A DNA stretch of 64,000 nucleotides from Amoebidium appalachense. Its lineage: Eukaryota > Protista > Ichthyosporea. Shown here piece after piece: positions 45,301 to 58,660 of this stretch. The notes under the pieces were generated by a model, which saw nothing but the letters and a program-made list of their open reading frames with translations, was not told the origin of the DNA and did no database searches. The number at the start of each line of letters is the position of its first letter. Within the stretch, counting starts at the first letter, position 1. A program made the position numbers and the translations under genes. Where the stretch lies: the NCBI GenBank assembly GCA_963693365.1, contig CAVNZM010000006.1, positions 2,728,001 to 2,792,000 on the forward strand, given 5' to 3'.

Positions 45301-47826
45301 CGAATACAGCATGCCCCATAGTTTAGCGCACAGGATGCACAACATGCGCATGAATGTATGCTGGCATGCCTAAACACATAACGAACATATGCCTCATGTA
45401 TGGCGGCCCTTCCTGGTGCCAAGCCCTAACGAATTTGCACTCTTGGTGCACAAAAGGCATGTAATAAAGTCGATGCAGAACTTTTGTTCATGCATGTGAA
45501 AAACAAAGAAGGTGTTGGGTACGAATTTTAAGGTAATTGCCCGTCTGTGGCAATACTGTGTAACATACCAATTACACTGTCAAGCCTTGCACTAGCTGCC
45601 GGCACACCCCCACCAGAACAAAAGAATGTGGTATGGGCACCGCTCCCTCACAACCCCATCATACAGTGTCAGTATTTTGGCTGGAAGCCTTTCAGTTTCG
45701 AATTACGAATACCCTCCTTCACTACTGAAGAAAGTGACGTGGAAGACGAATACGAATACGAATGCAAGGTGTTGTTGACTAACACATCGGACCATCATGT
45801 GTACCTAGGCCCTGGTACGGAGGTGACCATGTTATTCCCTTGCAATATGATGACACTGTAACAATTTAGCACGTGCATACCCCACCAATGGGCACATGCG
45901 GGAGACAACCCCACAAGCTGCCTTATTGGGCACCTCTGCTAAAACGAATATTCTTCTCACGAAGGAACAGAAGAATGCCACGAACACGAACCACACACTC
46001 CCCAGGCAGCTACTTACGTCTGATGTATGAAAGTAGTAGGTGTGTGAATGGGGTAACTTCATGAACACCAACACGAAAGCAAGCACAGCACAAAGCAGTT
46101 CCACGAACACGAATGGTTTTGGTTTTCCGCACAACGAACAGAACCAACAGTAGGACCACCTACAAATGAAGCAGAGGATGGGGCACCATCCAGACCTGCA
46201 CTGGAGGATATGAAAACACGAAGCGCGCTCACGAAGTTGCTTACAAAAGAAAGGGCGACTGTGACGACTTTTCTTTTTAGGCCAAGCCTCCAGAAGAATG
46301 TATTATGCCTGGAATCCCCCTGCTCAACGAAAATGGCTGGCAAATGGGATACGAAAACTGCTCACGAATGGAAGCATGTGTTTTCTGAAGAAGGTTTGCT
46401 TTGCCTACCCTCTTCTTATGAATTATGAACTGGGTTTTTACTGGTTCGAATTCTGACGGGCTGATATATTTCTTTATGTCGCCCAACGAAGAACACTTGG
46501 GCATTTTTATTCATGTTTTTCCCAGCTCCGATGATGCAGGGTTAAAGCTGAAAGGAAAGAAGTGCTCTTTGTTCATGAAAGAAGTGGCTTTTCTGGCCAT
46601 GGTGACTCGCCTTAATGATCTTAAGGTAGAACCGGGATAAGGGGCAGCGCTAAGAAGCTATCCACCACTACCTGAGCTACGAAGTGACCTAAGGCTTGAG
46701 TTATATTCATTATCGAATGTTTGGTATGATCATTCATCCACACAACTAAATTACTCGCAATTGAAAACGAATCTGCGGGAGTGTCCTAAAAAGGAAAAAT
46801 TCCCCAAAAAGGAAAATATTACTTCTACAGAAAAAGCCAAGCACAGAGACGAAGCGAACAATTCGCACGAACACTCTGCAACAATCTTCGCCACGAAAAT
46901 GAAAGCACAGAAGAATGCTGCATGAATTTACGTTTTGGCAAATGAAGAAGTGCTCATAGACGTGCACAACTCTATTCAACCGTCCTTGCTCTGTTCTGCC
47001 CAGCAGCTCGGCGCACAAGAATTCTCGCTGAAGGTTGTTTATCGCCTCTCAGCCTGGTGGTTTGCTTGTCTAACGACACCACCAGGCTCCCGACAAGGGG
47101 GGGAGTGTAAACAACTGTACACATGAACTGTACATGTTTACTAAAGAATGTGATCTACTAGCACACGATTCGTGCTTTGTCATGAATATCACATAAATAT
47201 TATGTCCGCACCAATAGGACTCACTCTGACCTAAGAATTGAACCATATATGGTTCTTCAGCTGCTTACCACATAAACGAAGTGAACCAATAAGAGGTTTG
47301 CATAAATAGGACAAAGGTCTGACTGGCTCGGACCGCACCAGAATCACGAATGGCATGTTGCCACCCGCGCTGGCCGCGGATGAACCAATCCTGGGCCTTG
47401 ATCCGAAACCTGGGGGCTATATAACAAAGCCGTCCCAGTACGGGGATCACATCAGTGAAGTCTGAGACAGACTGAGTCGGCCCATAGTAAAAGCAACCTG
47501 GCCGCGTGTGCCTTTCTACCCGTTCTCTGTCTTTATTTTGATTCAGTTGTACTCTGCCTTATCCTAACTAGTCCAACTGTTTACAGCCTTGTGTCTGTGT
47601 GTGTGTCTGGGTCGGGGGGTGCTTGCTTTGTGTGTTCTGCTATTTGTTTCCGCTCATACTTTGTTTGCTCCTGCCTGCCTATAGCATTTAACCAAGCATG
47701 CCTCCTAGCCAATACATTTGGTTTGTATCCATATGGAACAGTAAAAAGCTTTATCTTCCTGGTAGGATCTTTGGGAGAGACTGTTTCTTCGTCATTTTTG
47801 CAGTAGTTAGCCGCGCAAGTTGGCAT
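42318..47826 (-). pseudogene. THAP + HTH + DDE_Tnp_4 (HARBI1/ISL2EU-like) transposase, 638 aa, split by an LTR insertion
   Basis: 5' part 47826-47586 (MPTCAANYC...LFTVP...RRHAWLNAIGR) and 3' part 43993-42318 (VVCEAHF...DACP; TLFRLRHGTSFQLLSRLVDVSEPNLSRIF; IIDCTEVFVQVP; YSEYKSNYTLKY; ADKGF; RVHVERAFGRMKNYRLF). Removing 43999-47585 plus one GCCTT joins the parts in frame (...DTHTDTR-PKASDG...). Confidence 0.93.
43999..47585 (+). mobile_element. Non-autonomous Ty3/Gypsy LTR retrotransposon (3587 bp)
   Basis: 480-bp LTRs at 43999-44478 and 47106-47585 (TGTAAACA...TGTTTACA), identical by eye. 5-bp TSD GCCTT at 43994-43998 and 47586-47590. PBS TGGCGACCGCGGCAGGAC at 44480-44497; purine tract at 47095-47105. 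Decayed RT remnant EEHLGIFIHVF...AGLKLKGKKCSLFMKEVAFL at ~46425-46640. Confidence 0.95.
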
Positions 47827-48186
47827 TGTGAGTGCCTAACATATATAGTTAGAAAACAACCCGCCTTCATGAAAAATGTGCAGCGCAGTTTTGTCCGGAC
47901 ACGTGTGTGGCATGCCGTGTGTACATGGTATAGCTCGGCCACACGATCTTAGGTGCCCAATAGGCAGATCAAGCCCACTCAATCCAGATAGATATCGATC
48001 TGAGCGGCGCCAGAAAGTATTCGAGCCGCGCGATCCCGTATCCCTTAATTATAGTTACCTTCGCTATAGACACAGAGAATATAGTGTGCAAACCCCTACT
48101 CTCTGGCTGATGATCTTTTTCTTTTTTCATGTGGAAGCATGTGAGCAGCCCAGCTGTGTGGTGCTGTAGGGTATTGGGCCGGAAAC

Positions 48187-49572
48187 ATGGCGGCTGACAC
48201 AGTGGTAGCCCCTGCGATAGCTCACTTCTTCGTGTTCAACTCCTTGGTATGTGCTCCTTTATGTTTACAGCTGTGGAAGGCACTCTTGTGTTACCACAAT
48301 CACCCCATTGATCGAGTATGTGCGGGCCAGCAGAGCTTTCCACATGCAATCGGGTAGACTGTGAGCACCACTGTTGCCCCTACTCGTGTTTCTTTCAAGT
48401 TAATTGCCGAGTCTCAGCATCTCTCTTTTGCTACCAAACCATACCTATTCTTCTGTAAAGTTTCTTCGTCCCTCTTCGCCTCCCTCCCCCCCCCCCTTCC
48501 CGCCCCTCTCCCTTCGTACCCTCCCCCCCCCTCCCCCCCCCCCCCCCTTCCCCCCCCCTCGGCGCCCCTTCAGCTGCTCTGTCCCCCGGATGCCACACCC
48601 CGGGGTTCTCCTCCTCAAATTGCATGATATTTTTTGCTTTTTTTGTAGTGGGTGGCAGCCAGTCCCCCTTCCCCCCGCCCCCCTCTCCCCCCAACCCACC
48701 CACCCCGTCTCCCTTTCCCCCACCACCAAGCGAAGTATTCCTTCTCTGTCACTTTATGTTTGCCCTCCCCCCCCCCCCCCCCCCCCCCCCCTGCCCCTTC
48801 CCCTTCTCCCCGACCTTCCTCCCCTCGGCCCTCCTCTCCTGCCCAACAAACCCTTCTCATTTTGTTTGCTTACTATAGTTATCTATATACCACATTCCAC
48901 ATCTCCCTTGGTCCTAGGAACTTCATCCCACATCTCGCTACATCGGCCTTCTCCAACCCTCGTTTCTATCCCACCCCTTTGAGTCCGTGTAGTAGTCGAC
49001 CTGTTTTCCCTTCAACCCACACTCCACTCTGTCACTCCCATCATATCCGTCTTCTCTCCCTAATCCCTCCCCCCCCCTCTCTCCCCCCCCCCCCCCCCCT
49101 CTCTTTTCCTCTCCTCCCCCCCCCCTCCCCCCCCCCCCCCCCCCCCCCCCCGGCGCCTAGTTTGGACCCACGGAAGAGACCGAGCAGCAGAAATTGCTTT
49201 TCTACCACCCTGCAGACAGGACGGTGGACCGGCAGCTGATGCAGGTGGGCCTGGTCGAGGGCCTGCTGAAATTCACCGCGTAGTGTTGGACCCCCCCCCC
49301 CCCCCTTCCGCGTCACTCCTCCCTTCCCGGCAACCCCCCCCCCCCCTTTCCCTGCTTACAATATGCACACACACGCTATAGCTGCCACGAAATACATTTT
49401 TAACCGAACATACAGGTTGCAACACTCTGCAAGATATGGTGCCGTTTTTTTGTGTGTGGTGGTGGTGGGCGGGGGGGGAGGGGACGGGGGGTTGGGGGGG
49501 GGAAGGGGGGGGGGGGGGGGGGGGGGGGGGGAGGGCAGCTCGAGTATTTTGACTCCTGGCGTTTTATTTATT

Positions 49573-49611
<39 letters not shown>

Positions 49612-51240
49612 TTGGGGGGGGGGGGGGGGGGGATCTAGAGGGAGGGGGGAAGGAGGGTGGGGTGGGGTGGATTTTGAGGGTGCGGGGGGGAGGGGGGGGG
49701 GGGAGGGGGGCGGGGGGGGCGACGCAGTTTGTAGAGGTGGGGAAGTTGGTTGGAGTGATGAAGGGAAAGGGAGACGGTGGTGGGACAGGATGAGATTGGT
49801 TTTACCATCATGCGAGGGACCTGCTTTTTCATCGCTTTCGTTTTTGTTGGAATGCTTGTGTTATGTTTGTTTCGTGAGAGGTGGAAGTTGGGCAAGGTAC
49901 AGGAGCGGGGGGGAGGGGGAACATTGTGGTGGTGTGCATTCCATTGGTTCAGTTTCCATTTTATGTTAGCGGAAGTAACTGGTGCATGATCTCAACAATT
50001 TTTTGGGGGAGGGGGGGCGAGAGTTGTGAAGGGCGGAAGAAATGGTGGTTATAGGACGGGTTGGGGGGTACTGTTAGTGCGTTTAATTGGAGGGGGGGGG
50101 GGGAGAGGGGGGGGGGGGGGGGGAGTGATGGTTTGTAATATGATCTGTTGTTGACTATTTTATAATCATATTAGCCTATATGGGCCGCACCCCCCACACA
50201 TCCTCTCCCCCCACCCCCCCCCCTCCGCCCGCCCACCGGGGGGACCTTTCGCAAGTCGAATCACTGCAATCACTTTAGCTTACAATTTTTGAACTATATA
50301 GTTTTTTTTCTTTTTGTAATCTTGTCGTGCCGATGGTGTGTTTGCTATATGCACTTAATATGGTCTTCCTCTTTATGACTATGCAAGCAACAACCTGATG
50401 TGACATGATTGTCTACGAGCGTGCAAGTCCCCATGCTCACATGCTCACATGCTCACATGCTCACACGCACACGCACACACGCACAGCACGTTCCACCCCA
50501 GCCGGCCGTGTGAGTTCATGCGCACGTCCAAGACCCACTATGCATTCATGCAGCCAGAGCAGAACTACTGGATGGTTCTGGTAAGTGCAGGAAGGGGGCG
50601 GGGGGCGGGGGGGAGGGGGGGGGGGGGGGGGGGGGGGAATGATGATGGTGGTGGTTGTGGTGGTGGTGGTGGTGGGGGGGGGGGGGGGGGGGGGGGGGGG
50701 ATTCGGTCGCTGAACAAACCAAGGCAGAGGCTTTGTGTGTGTGTGTATTGGAGCGCGGGGGGGCGGGGGGAAGGGAGGGGAGGGGGGTGTTGGGGGAGGG
50801 GGGAGGGGGAAAGAAGTGACTGAGGAGGGTGCAGGAGGGGAGGTGGAGAGGGAGGGGGGTGGGGGGGGGGTAGAAAAGAGGTGATGGAAGGACACAGATA
50901 AGGTGTATGCAACGGGTTTGGATGTGGTAGCCATTGTGGGATGACAGAAAATCATTGGTTGCCTGATTAAAGTAATAATACAGCACGCACACCGCATGTG
51001 CAGCACAAACATGTCGCACACACCCACACCCACACACACACGCACGCACGCACGCACGAACGCACGCACACACACACACACGCACACACACACACACACA
51101 CAGGCCGTGAGTGTACCTACCCTACACCGATCTACTGGTGTTGTTGAACACCGCCACGAAGACCTTCCCGACTGTGTACTTGCTTCCACCCTTCTCTCTT
51201 GCTACCGATCATTTCGGGTATATCTCCCCCCTCCCTCCCC

Positions 51241-51274
<34 letters not shown>

Positions 51275-51983
51275 CCCCCAACCCACCCCACCCACCCACC
51301 CACCACTCCCAGCCTGCCCTCAAAAACACAAACACACAAGAAAGTCTCTTGGCCCCCTATGTCCTTCCCGTTTATTGTTGAACCAGCTCACCCTACTTGG
51401 GCTTACCCCTGTTTTGCCTCCCAACCATGGATTGTAGGTGTAGGTGCGAGTATAAATGCATGCCGAGGTGGGTCTTTCCGTTTCTTGAAATAGTGAGCTT
51501 CAGCGAATCGGATCATGTGATTCGTTGTTTTTAAAGTTAGCCCATTGTTCAGTGATCGCAGATTTTTGATTGGTTAACGGTGTCTTTAGTTGCGTTAGAA
51601 TTGAGAGATTGATGAGGAGGTTTTGAGGATTGATTGCGGTTCTGATAAGAATTTAAATTCAAGTCAATCACATATCCGAAATTTCGATTTTAAAATGTCG
51701 AATAGTAAAAAGGCATCAATTACACGATCCCGTTTGCAAACCCAAAAAGCCTTTCAGGAACGGAAAGACCCGGTAGGTTGCCGGAGCATGCCTGCATGGT
51801 GCATGTGTGTAGACAGCCAATCACAATGGGTCTTTAGGCACGGCACGTGATAACCGTACCTGGTGATTGGCCGGTTGGGAACCCATGCTGTGGCAGGCCA
51901 TTAAAAACCGGCAAGGAGTATCATGCCGGTTTGTGTCAAACCAATCAAATTACACTGGTCACGTGCCTAAAGATTCCCTATTT

Positions 51984-52041
<58 letters not shown>

Positions 52042-52938
52042 GCACATACACATACACACACAGTTATGGTATGGGCCCTTTTCGGAGATTGTATCGAAGG
52101 CAAGTGCCGATGCTCTGCGGCGGGAATTTGCCCACTTTTACCCTCCTCTGCTGGCGGCCACAACATTCGACCAGCCCTCATTCCTCTCCATACTCAACGG
52201 TACTAGCCCCCCCCCCCCCCCCCCCCCCCCAAAGGAAATTTTCGTTTGGCTCGCAGTGTGTTGACTACACACACAGAGAGGGCTGTAAACTGAACATCCA
52301 TGCAGGAAGAGCCATGCAGCATGGCTTAGGTGCATACGTGAACTTAACCCATTTTAAACCTCCGTATCTACCATTTTGGCCCCGATCGAGGTTGATCCGA
52401 TCGAGGATTTCAAATGGGCCTGGCGCGGTTTGTGAATCTCTATCGATCATGAATATGCAATCGAGGGCGTGCACGTCCATTCTGGGCCTCCTTTTACCTC
52501 ACGCACTCGGTTGCGCACTTATGATCGATAGATTCGAGAGATTCACAAGCCGCTTCAGGCCCATTTAAAATCCTCGATCGGATCAACCTCGATAGCGTCT
52601 AAAACGGTAGATACGGAGGTTGGTTTACAGGGAGTTCCTTTTAGGCTCCATGTATTGGGCCTTTCGAGCCAGCCAGGTGGGCATCAGCCAATCATATCGC
52701 ATAAAACCATCCCGGTCTGACCCAAACCAGCAACATAAAAGCAACCCCCTCTAGCTGCAATATCCAGGAGGGAAAATAAAAGAATAGAGCACTTGAAAGA
52801 TTGGATCCTAGAATACGTGCCCTGCTCTGCAGTTCCTTCAATGGCCCCCTAACCCGCCACTTTAACCCTTTCTAACCCCTCCGTCTTTCCTCACACCCCT
52901 AATCACCACACACAGGCACGCACACACGCGCACGCGCG

Positions 52939-53035
<97 letters not shown>

Positions 53036-53038
53036 CCC

Positions 53039-53124
<86 letters not shown>

Positions 53125-55107
53125 CATGCAGTTTCTAGCCGTCGAGCGTAATGTATACCTGCAAACACTTAGCACGCTCAACCTCCTAGAGCAGACCTTT
53201 GCCTGTGTGCGTGCCACCCTCCTACTGCACGGCGATGCTTTGGTCTACTGCGGACTCGACGAGCAAAATGCCCGCATTCTCTACCCCCACCTCACAGCTA
53301 CACACCATGTACCTTCACCACCCCCCCCCCCCCCCCTCTTCCCCCCAACCTTCGCACCCACCCCGCCCTACCCCCCCCTGGCTCCGCGCGGGGAACATGG
53401 GTTGCTCTTGAGGATGGGCTCTTGGCTTGTGATGCATGCTCTTTGTGTGTGCTCTGCAACTTCTGCATGGTGTTATCCGCCGTGAATGTGCATCTGTAAT
53501 CCACTCCCCTCCCCTCACCCCCCCCCCCCCCCCCCCCCCCCCCTCCCCTCCTCCTCTCTGATGCATATTCCTTGCGTGTGTTGTGCAGAATCTAGATTGT
53601 TGTCGGTCGTAGATTTGCATTCGTACTCGGTAACACTTTCTAACCCCCCCCCCCCCTCCCTCGCCCCCCATTCATCTAAACATGTACACCGAGGGACCTC
53701 TCATGTTAATGACATTTCTTCCTACCCCCCACCACACACACACACACACACGGACACGCACGAACACATACAGACGTCTTTGTATATGGCTGTGATATGT
53801 GTTTATTGGATTGCTGTTCCTTGAACAACCCTACTCTCCTTTGGCCAAGACGGGTCAATTTTTCCACTGCCCTTGAAGCAAAGGATGGGGTGGGACCTAC
53901 ATAATAGAACTTCAAGGAGTCGTGAGGGGTTGTTAATTTGCTTCCCTCCATCAACCCCCCCCCACACACACCACCACCACCACCATCACCATCCCCACGT
54001 GCGCGTACTTGCACCGCCTTAATCTGGAGTTTCAGTTGCCCACCCTACCGACCCCCTCCCCCCCCCCCCCCTCCCCCCATGTGTGCAATCTGCTTTGTGT
54101 TGTCGGTCACGAATGTTACATCGGACTCTGTAACATTCTGATTTAACCCCTCCCCCAACCCCCCTGCACCCACACACACACACGCGCGCGCGCGCACACG
54201 CACACACAGTATGGACCTAAACCTCTTCAAAGCACAAACAGCCCTCCAACTCAGTCGGGGGGTTTTTTCGTAACGGGGCCAGAGGATGTATACGGAGCAC
54301 CGGGGGGAGTCGATGTAGTTCCAATTTACTTGGAAGATAGCCCGTGGATGCAGTGGGGGAGAATGGGGGAGGGGGACGGAGACACGGATGATGAGTTGGA
54401 GGGTGAGGGGGTTCTAAATGACGGGGTTGAAAATGTGCTTGAGGGTGGGTCTGAAGGGGTGGAGGGGGAGAGGAGAATGAGGAAGTACTACCTCATAGTC
54501 TATCAGGTGTGTGGCATCTCCCCCCCTCCTCCCCCCCTCCCCTCCTCCCCCCCCCCCCCCCCCACCCCCCACTCCCACCTTCGGCAGCACGCTTAGAAAG
54601 AAATTCTTTTTTTACTCAATTTTGTGCATTTTTTCTTGATGGTGCAGTGGGTGGTTTGGTTGCGGCCATAAGGGCAAACTAAATGTCGGAGGGGGGAGGG
54701 ACCGGCATGTTTATGGGAGTTGCCGGTGTCTCTCTGTTTGTGCTGGATGGGTGGGTGGGTGGGTGTTTTGTATGTGTTGCACGTGACACCATATAAATAG
54801 AGAAGTTGCCACAATGGCTTATTCACACCCTAAGAATCCCCCCGAGGGGAATAGGTCGAAACTCGGGTACTGTGGATGACGTGGGCCCCCCCTGAGGATG
54901 GGCTCTGCTTATTATGCATCCTCTTTATGTATGGCTTGCATTCTGCATCGTGTTATCCGTTTGTTCTTGTGTACTTCGTACTTTTTGACGCATTCAAACC
55001 CCCCCCCCCCCCCCCCACACACACACACTCCCACTCTCTTTCTCATCCTTACGCATGCACCTCCATTCCCACTCATACACACACATACATGCACACACAC
55101 ATACATG

Positions 55108-55140
<33 letters not shown>

Positions 55141-55208
55141 CGCGTACACACATGCACGCACGCACGCACACACGCACACATAGACACGCATACACATGCA
55201 GACACACA

Positions 55209-55265
<57 letters not shown>

Positions 55266-55975
55266 CACCAGCACCTTCGCCTAGCACTCATAGTGGATGG
55301 CACAAGGGTGGGCTCACTGGAGCTCTATGTTGAGTTGCAGCATTTTTTCGAACCCCGCATACCACCACTTGCTGCAGCCCTGGCCGACCAAGCCACCAGA
55401 CGGACAATACAGTAATATATCCCCCCCCCCCCCCCCCCCCCCCCCCCACCCTTTCCCCCCAGCCCCCCCAAACCCTTTATCCCCTCCCCCCTCCCCCCCC
55501 CCCCATAAACACGCACACATCCCTCCAACTCACCCCTTCTCGTGCCTGTGACGTCTGCTCGCACAGGTAACCCTGGTCGTCTCTGTTCAAGACGGGTGAC
55601 CTACCCATGCAAATCATCACTGTTTCAAATTTCCGTCCTCACATGTTTCCACCCTCACATGTTCCTACTCTTGCGAGCCCCCCCCCCCCCCCCCCCCCCC
55701 CCCCACACACACACAACCCACCCACCCTCTCCCCCTCCCCCCTCTGCCCCACCACCACCAAAGCGAGGCAGTATCTTTTTTTGGTGAAGCAGTATGCGAG
55801 CTGGGTTACGAATACGGAGGTGAACGGGACGAAAACTCGGGTACTGTGGATGACTTGGCCCCCCCCTGAGGATGGGCTCTGCTTATTATGCATACTCTGT
55901 ATGTGTGCTTTGCAAAATCTGCATGGTTGTTTGTCCGCATCCATGTGTGTGTACATCGTGCTCCCTAACACATTA

Positions 55976-56006
<31 letters not shown>

Positions 56007-56040
56007 ATCCTCCTCCCCTTCCCCCCCCCCTTCCCCTTCC

Positions 56041-56072
<32 letters not shown>

Positions 56073-56364
56073 ACAGAGACAGCAGTAGTCGGTTCATCTA
56101 CTTCAACCGCAGCAACCTAGCTCTCCTCTCAACCCACACCATGCGCACCCCTCAGGCCCTGGCCCCAGCCACAGACGCTACATTGCTGGATATGCATACA
56201 GATTTGGGAAGGTGAGGGGGGATTGGGGGGGGGGGGGGGGGGGGGGGGATGGATGGATGGATTATTGGTAAGATGTAGGGGGAAGAGGGGTAGTTTGCTT
56301 TGGGGTGTCGGGTGGAGGGGAGTTGGGGGTGGGGGGGGGGGGGGGGAGGGGGGGGAGGGGGGGG

Positions 56365-56399
<35 letters not shown>

Positions 56400-56490
56400 G
56401 GGAGGGACATTCCGGTATGGAGGGTTTGTATATGCGTGTGTGGGTGTGTGCTGTAGGTTTTGTCTTTTTTGTTTTTTGTTTATTGCAATC

Positions 56491-56538
<48 letters not shown>

Positions 56539-56843
56539 TGTTTTTGGGGAAGTGGCTAGGCATTCCTATTCATGTGTGGTACAAGTGTGTGCCAACACAT
56601 CGTTTTTATGCCACGGGTGGGTTGTGAAGAGCGCATGTGTGTGTGCACATCCGGCCGAACTCACAGTCACATGCATGTGCACACACACGCACTTTGCAGG
56701 GGGTGTGGGCACATGCGGGAGATGGCCGTGTGCACGGGGGAGGGGTGGGTGGTGGGGAGGCGCTGTGACCAGAGAGACCTGTATGTGCTGCCGATGAGGA
56801 GGGATGGGCAAGGACGGAACACTGGTGCAGATAAGCGGTACGT

Positions 56844-56874
<31 letters not shown>

Positions 56875-56888
56875 GGGGGGGGGATGGT

Positions 56889-56919
<31 letters not shown>

Positions 56920-57085
56920 CATGTGCGTGTGTGTGTGTGTGTGTGTGCGTGTGCGTGTGTGTATCAGTGTCTGTGTGTGAGCGTGTTGCAGGGGTTGAGT
57001 AACAGGGGACCTTTGGGGAGGGATGTATTGGTGTGTGTGTACGTTGAGGGCTGTGGGTGTGCTTGTGAGAGAGAGTGTGTGCTAA

Positions 57086-57119
<34 letters not shown>

Positions 57120-57493
57120 GGTATTGCAGTGGTGGCTGTCGCTGTGTGCATGTGGGTGCGTAGTAGTCCCTCCTTCCTTCCTTCATTCCTTGCCTTTTCT
57201 CTCATTTCTTTTTTTTTAGTCTTTCTTTCTTTTTTTTTTTTTTTGGGGGGGGGGGGGGGAGGGGGGGAGGGATGTTGGTGTGTATTTTCTGGTGTTATGC
57301 GTGCCCACCACAAAGATTGACTTGAGCAAGTTTACTTCTGCTGTGCTGGGAGCTTGGGAGCATGGTGAACACATGTCCATTTGTATTGGGGATCTTTTTT
57401 TGGTGGGGGGGGACGGGGGTTCGAAAGGAGGGGGAGGAGGGGTTTCGCAGAGCGGAAGGGGGGGGGGGAGGGAGGATAGGATCTCGCAAGAAA

Positions 57494-57530
<37 letters not shown>

Positions 57531-57605
57531 CTTTTCTGACAGCAATTTTTCACAGACGAGATAGACCGACTGAGCAAAGCGTTCTTCTCCGATCTGTTCT
57601 CGTGA
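48187..57605 (+). CDS. CCZ1: Vacuolar fusion protein CCZ1 homolog (Mon1-Ccz1 Rab7 GEF subunit), ~11 exons
   Basis: Approximate exons: 48187-48246 (HFFVFNSL), 49161-49279 ([17 protein letters not shown]...[11 protein letters not shown]), 50487-50580 ([10 protein letters not shown]), 51104-51217, 52064-52199, 53124-53308 ([13 protein letters not shown]...ARILYPHL), ~54210-54506 (YYLIVYQ), 55266-55411, ~56076-56211 ([11 protein letters not shown]), 56700-56837 ([15 protein letters not shown]), 57556-57605 ([15 protein letters not shown]). These match recalled CCZ1 motifs in order; probable 1-nt frameshift near 56800. Confidence 0.9.
51470..51771. mobile_element. MITE with GGG termini and 3-bp TSD (Harbinger/PHIS-like) in a CCZ1 intron
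   Basis: TIR GGGTCTTTCCGTTTCTTGAAA / TTTCAGGAACGGAAAGACCC (near-perfect); GGT directly flanks both ends. Confidence 0.75.
51828..51978. mobile_element. Small putative MITE
   Basis: Imperfect TIR GGGTCTTTAGGCACG / CACGTGCCTAAAGATTCCC; the first 8 nt match the neighbouring MITE. Confidence 0.5.
52357..52621. mobile_element. Long-TIR (foldback) MITE in a CCZ1 intron
   Basis: ~95-bp imperfect inverted arms (AACCTCCGTATCTACC...ATCGAGGTTGATCCGATCGAGGATTT...AAATGGGCCTG...GTGAATCTCT and its reverse complement). TSD unclear. Confidence 0.8.
54857..54998 (+). repeat. Copy of dispersed poly-C-terminated repeat (CCZ1 intron)
   Basis: Near-identical to 42031-42167; followed by a C-run. Confidence 0.9.
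55760..55980 (+). repeat. Related copy with longer 5' part and diverged 3' part
   Basis: Shares GAAAACTCGGGTACTGTGGATGAC..GGCCCCCCCCTGAGGATGGGCTCTGCTTATTATGCATACTC with the other copies; followed by a C-run. Confidence 0.75.
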
Positions 57606-57868
57606 AAGTCTACACTGCCCGACTGCTATGTGGGGTGGGTCTAATGGAAGGCCATGGAAGACTCTAGTGCGGTATGCAGCCTCTGTTTGTGACATGGCTG
57701 CTGCGCACTATCTATTGGATTGTTTTTTTCCTCCTTTTTCGTATTGGATTTCACGTATTGATATTTGAAGGATAGAGATTGTTCGTGTGTACGTGTGCAT
57801 TGGTGTTTTCTCATTTTTTTCTGTTTCAAAATCTCGTTGATTGCTTTCTTTCCCCATTTTTGTGTGCC

Positions 57869-57948
<80 letters not shown>

Positions 57949-58622
57949 CTGGAGGGGGGGGGGGGGGGGGGGGGCTTAGTGTTTCAAATTTCAAACTGGG
58001 TGATGTTTCGTTGAGCCACACTGGCCATATTGCATGAATGCATATTGTGAAACTTCCCTCACGAACGGTTCGTGATTCTGTCAAGTTTGTACTTTCCGAA
58101 AATATGGTGCCATACACAAAATCCCATCAGACAGAATTGGCTATTCTGGTTTTAAAAGTACTGTATGCACGTAGCGCAAGTGACGAAAGCAAAGAAATAC
58201 GGGTAGATAGAGGATAATCCTGTAAATATGGATGAATGAATGTGATTAACACAAATATATGATGCCCAATACGTGCACGATTTTTCTTTTTCCATCTTCC
58301 TTTTCGTTACCCCTCCTCCCCCCCCCCCCTCCCCCCTCCCTGAACCCCCCCCCCCCACACACACACACACACACAGATACACACACTCCACCCCAGTCTG
58401 TAACACGTTTTGATAAACGTCCCCCTCCCCCCCCCTACTCCCCTGGGCCCCCCTTGTTCTCCCATACCCCCTCCCCCCCCCTCTTTCTCAGCAGTCTGTC
58501 TGTGTGTGTGCGTGTGGGGGGGGGGGGAGGGGGGCATGTGGTCGTATGTGTGACTTGTCTGTTTGCTGGTATGCCGTGTGTCACAGCCACAGTCTGTGTT
58601 TGTGTGTGTGTGTTGGGCGGGT

Positions 58623-58660
<38 letters not shown>

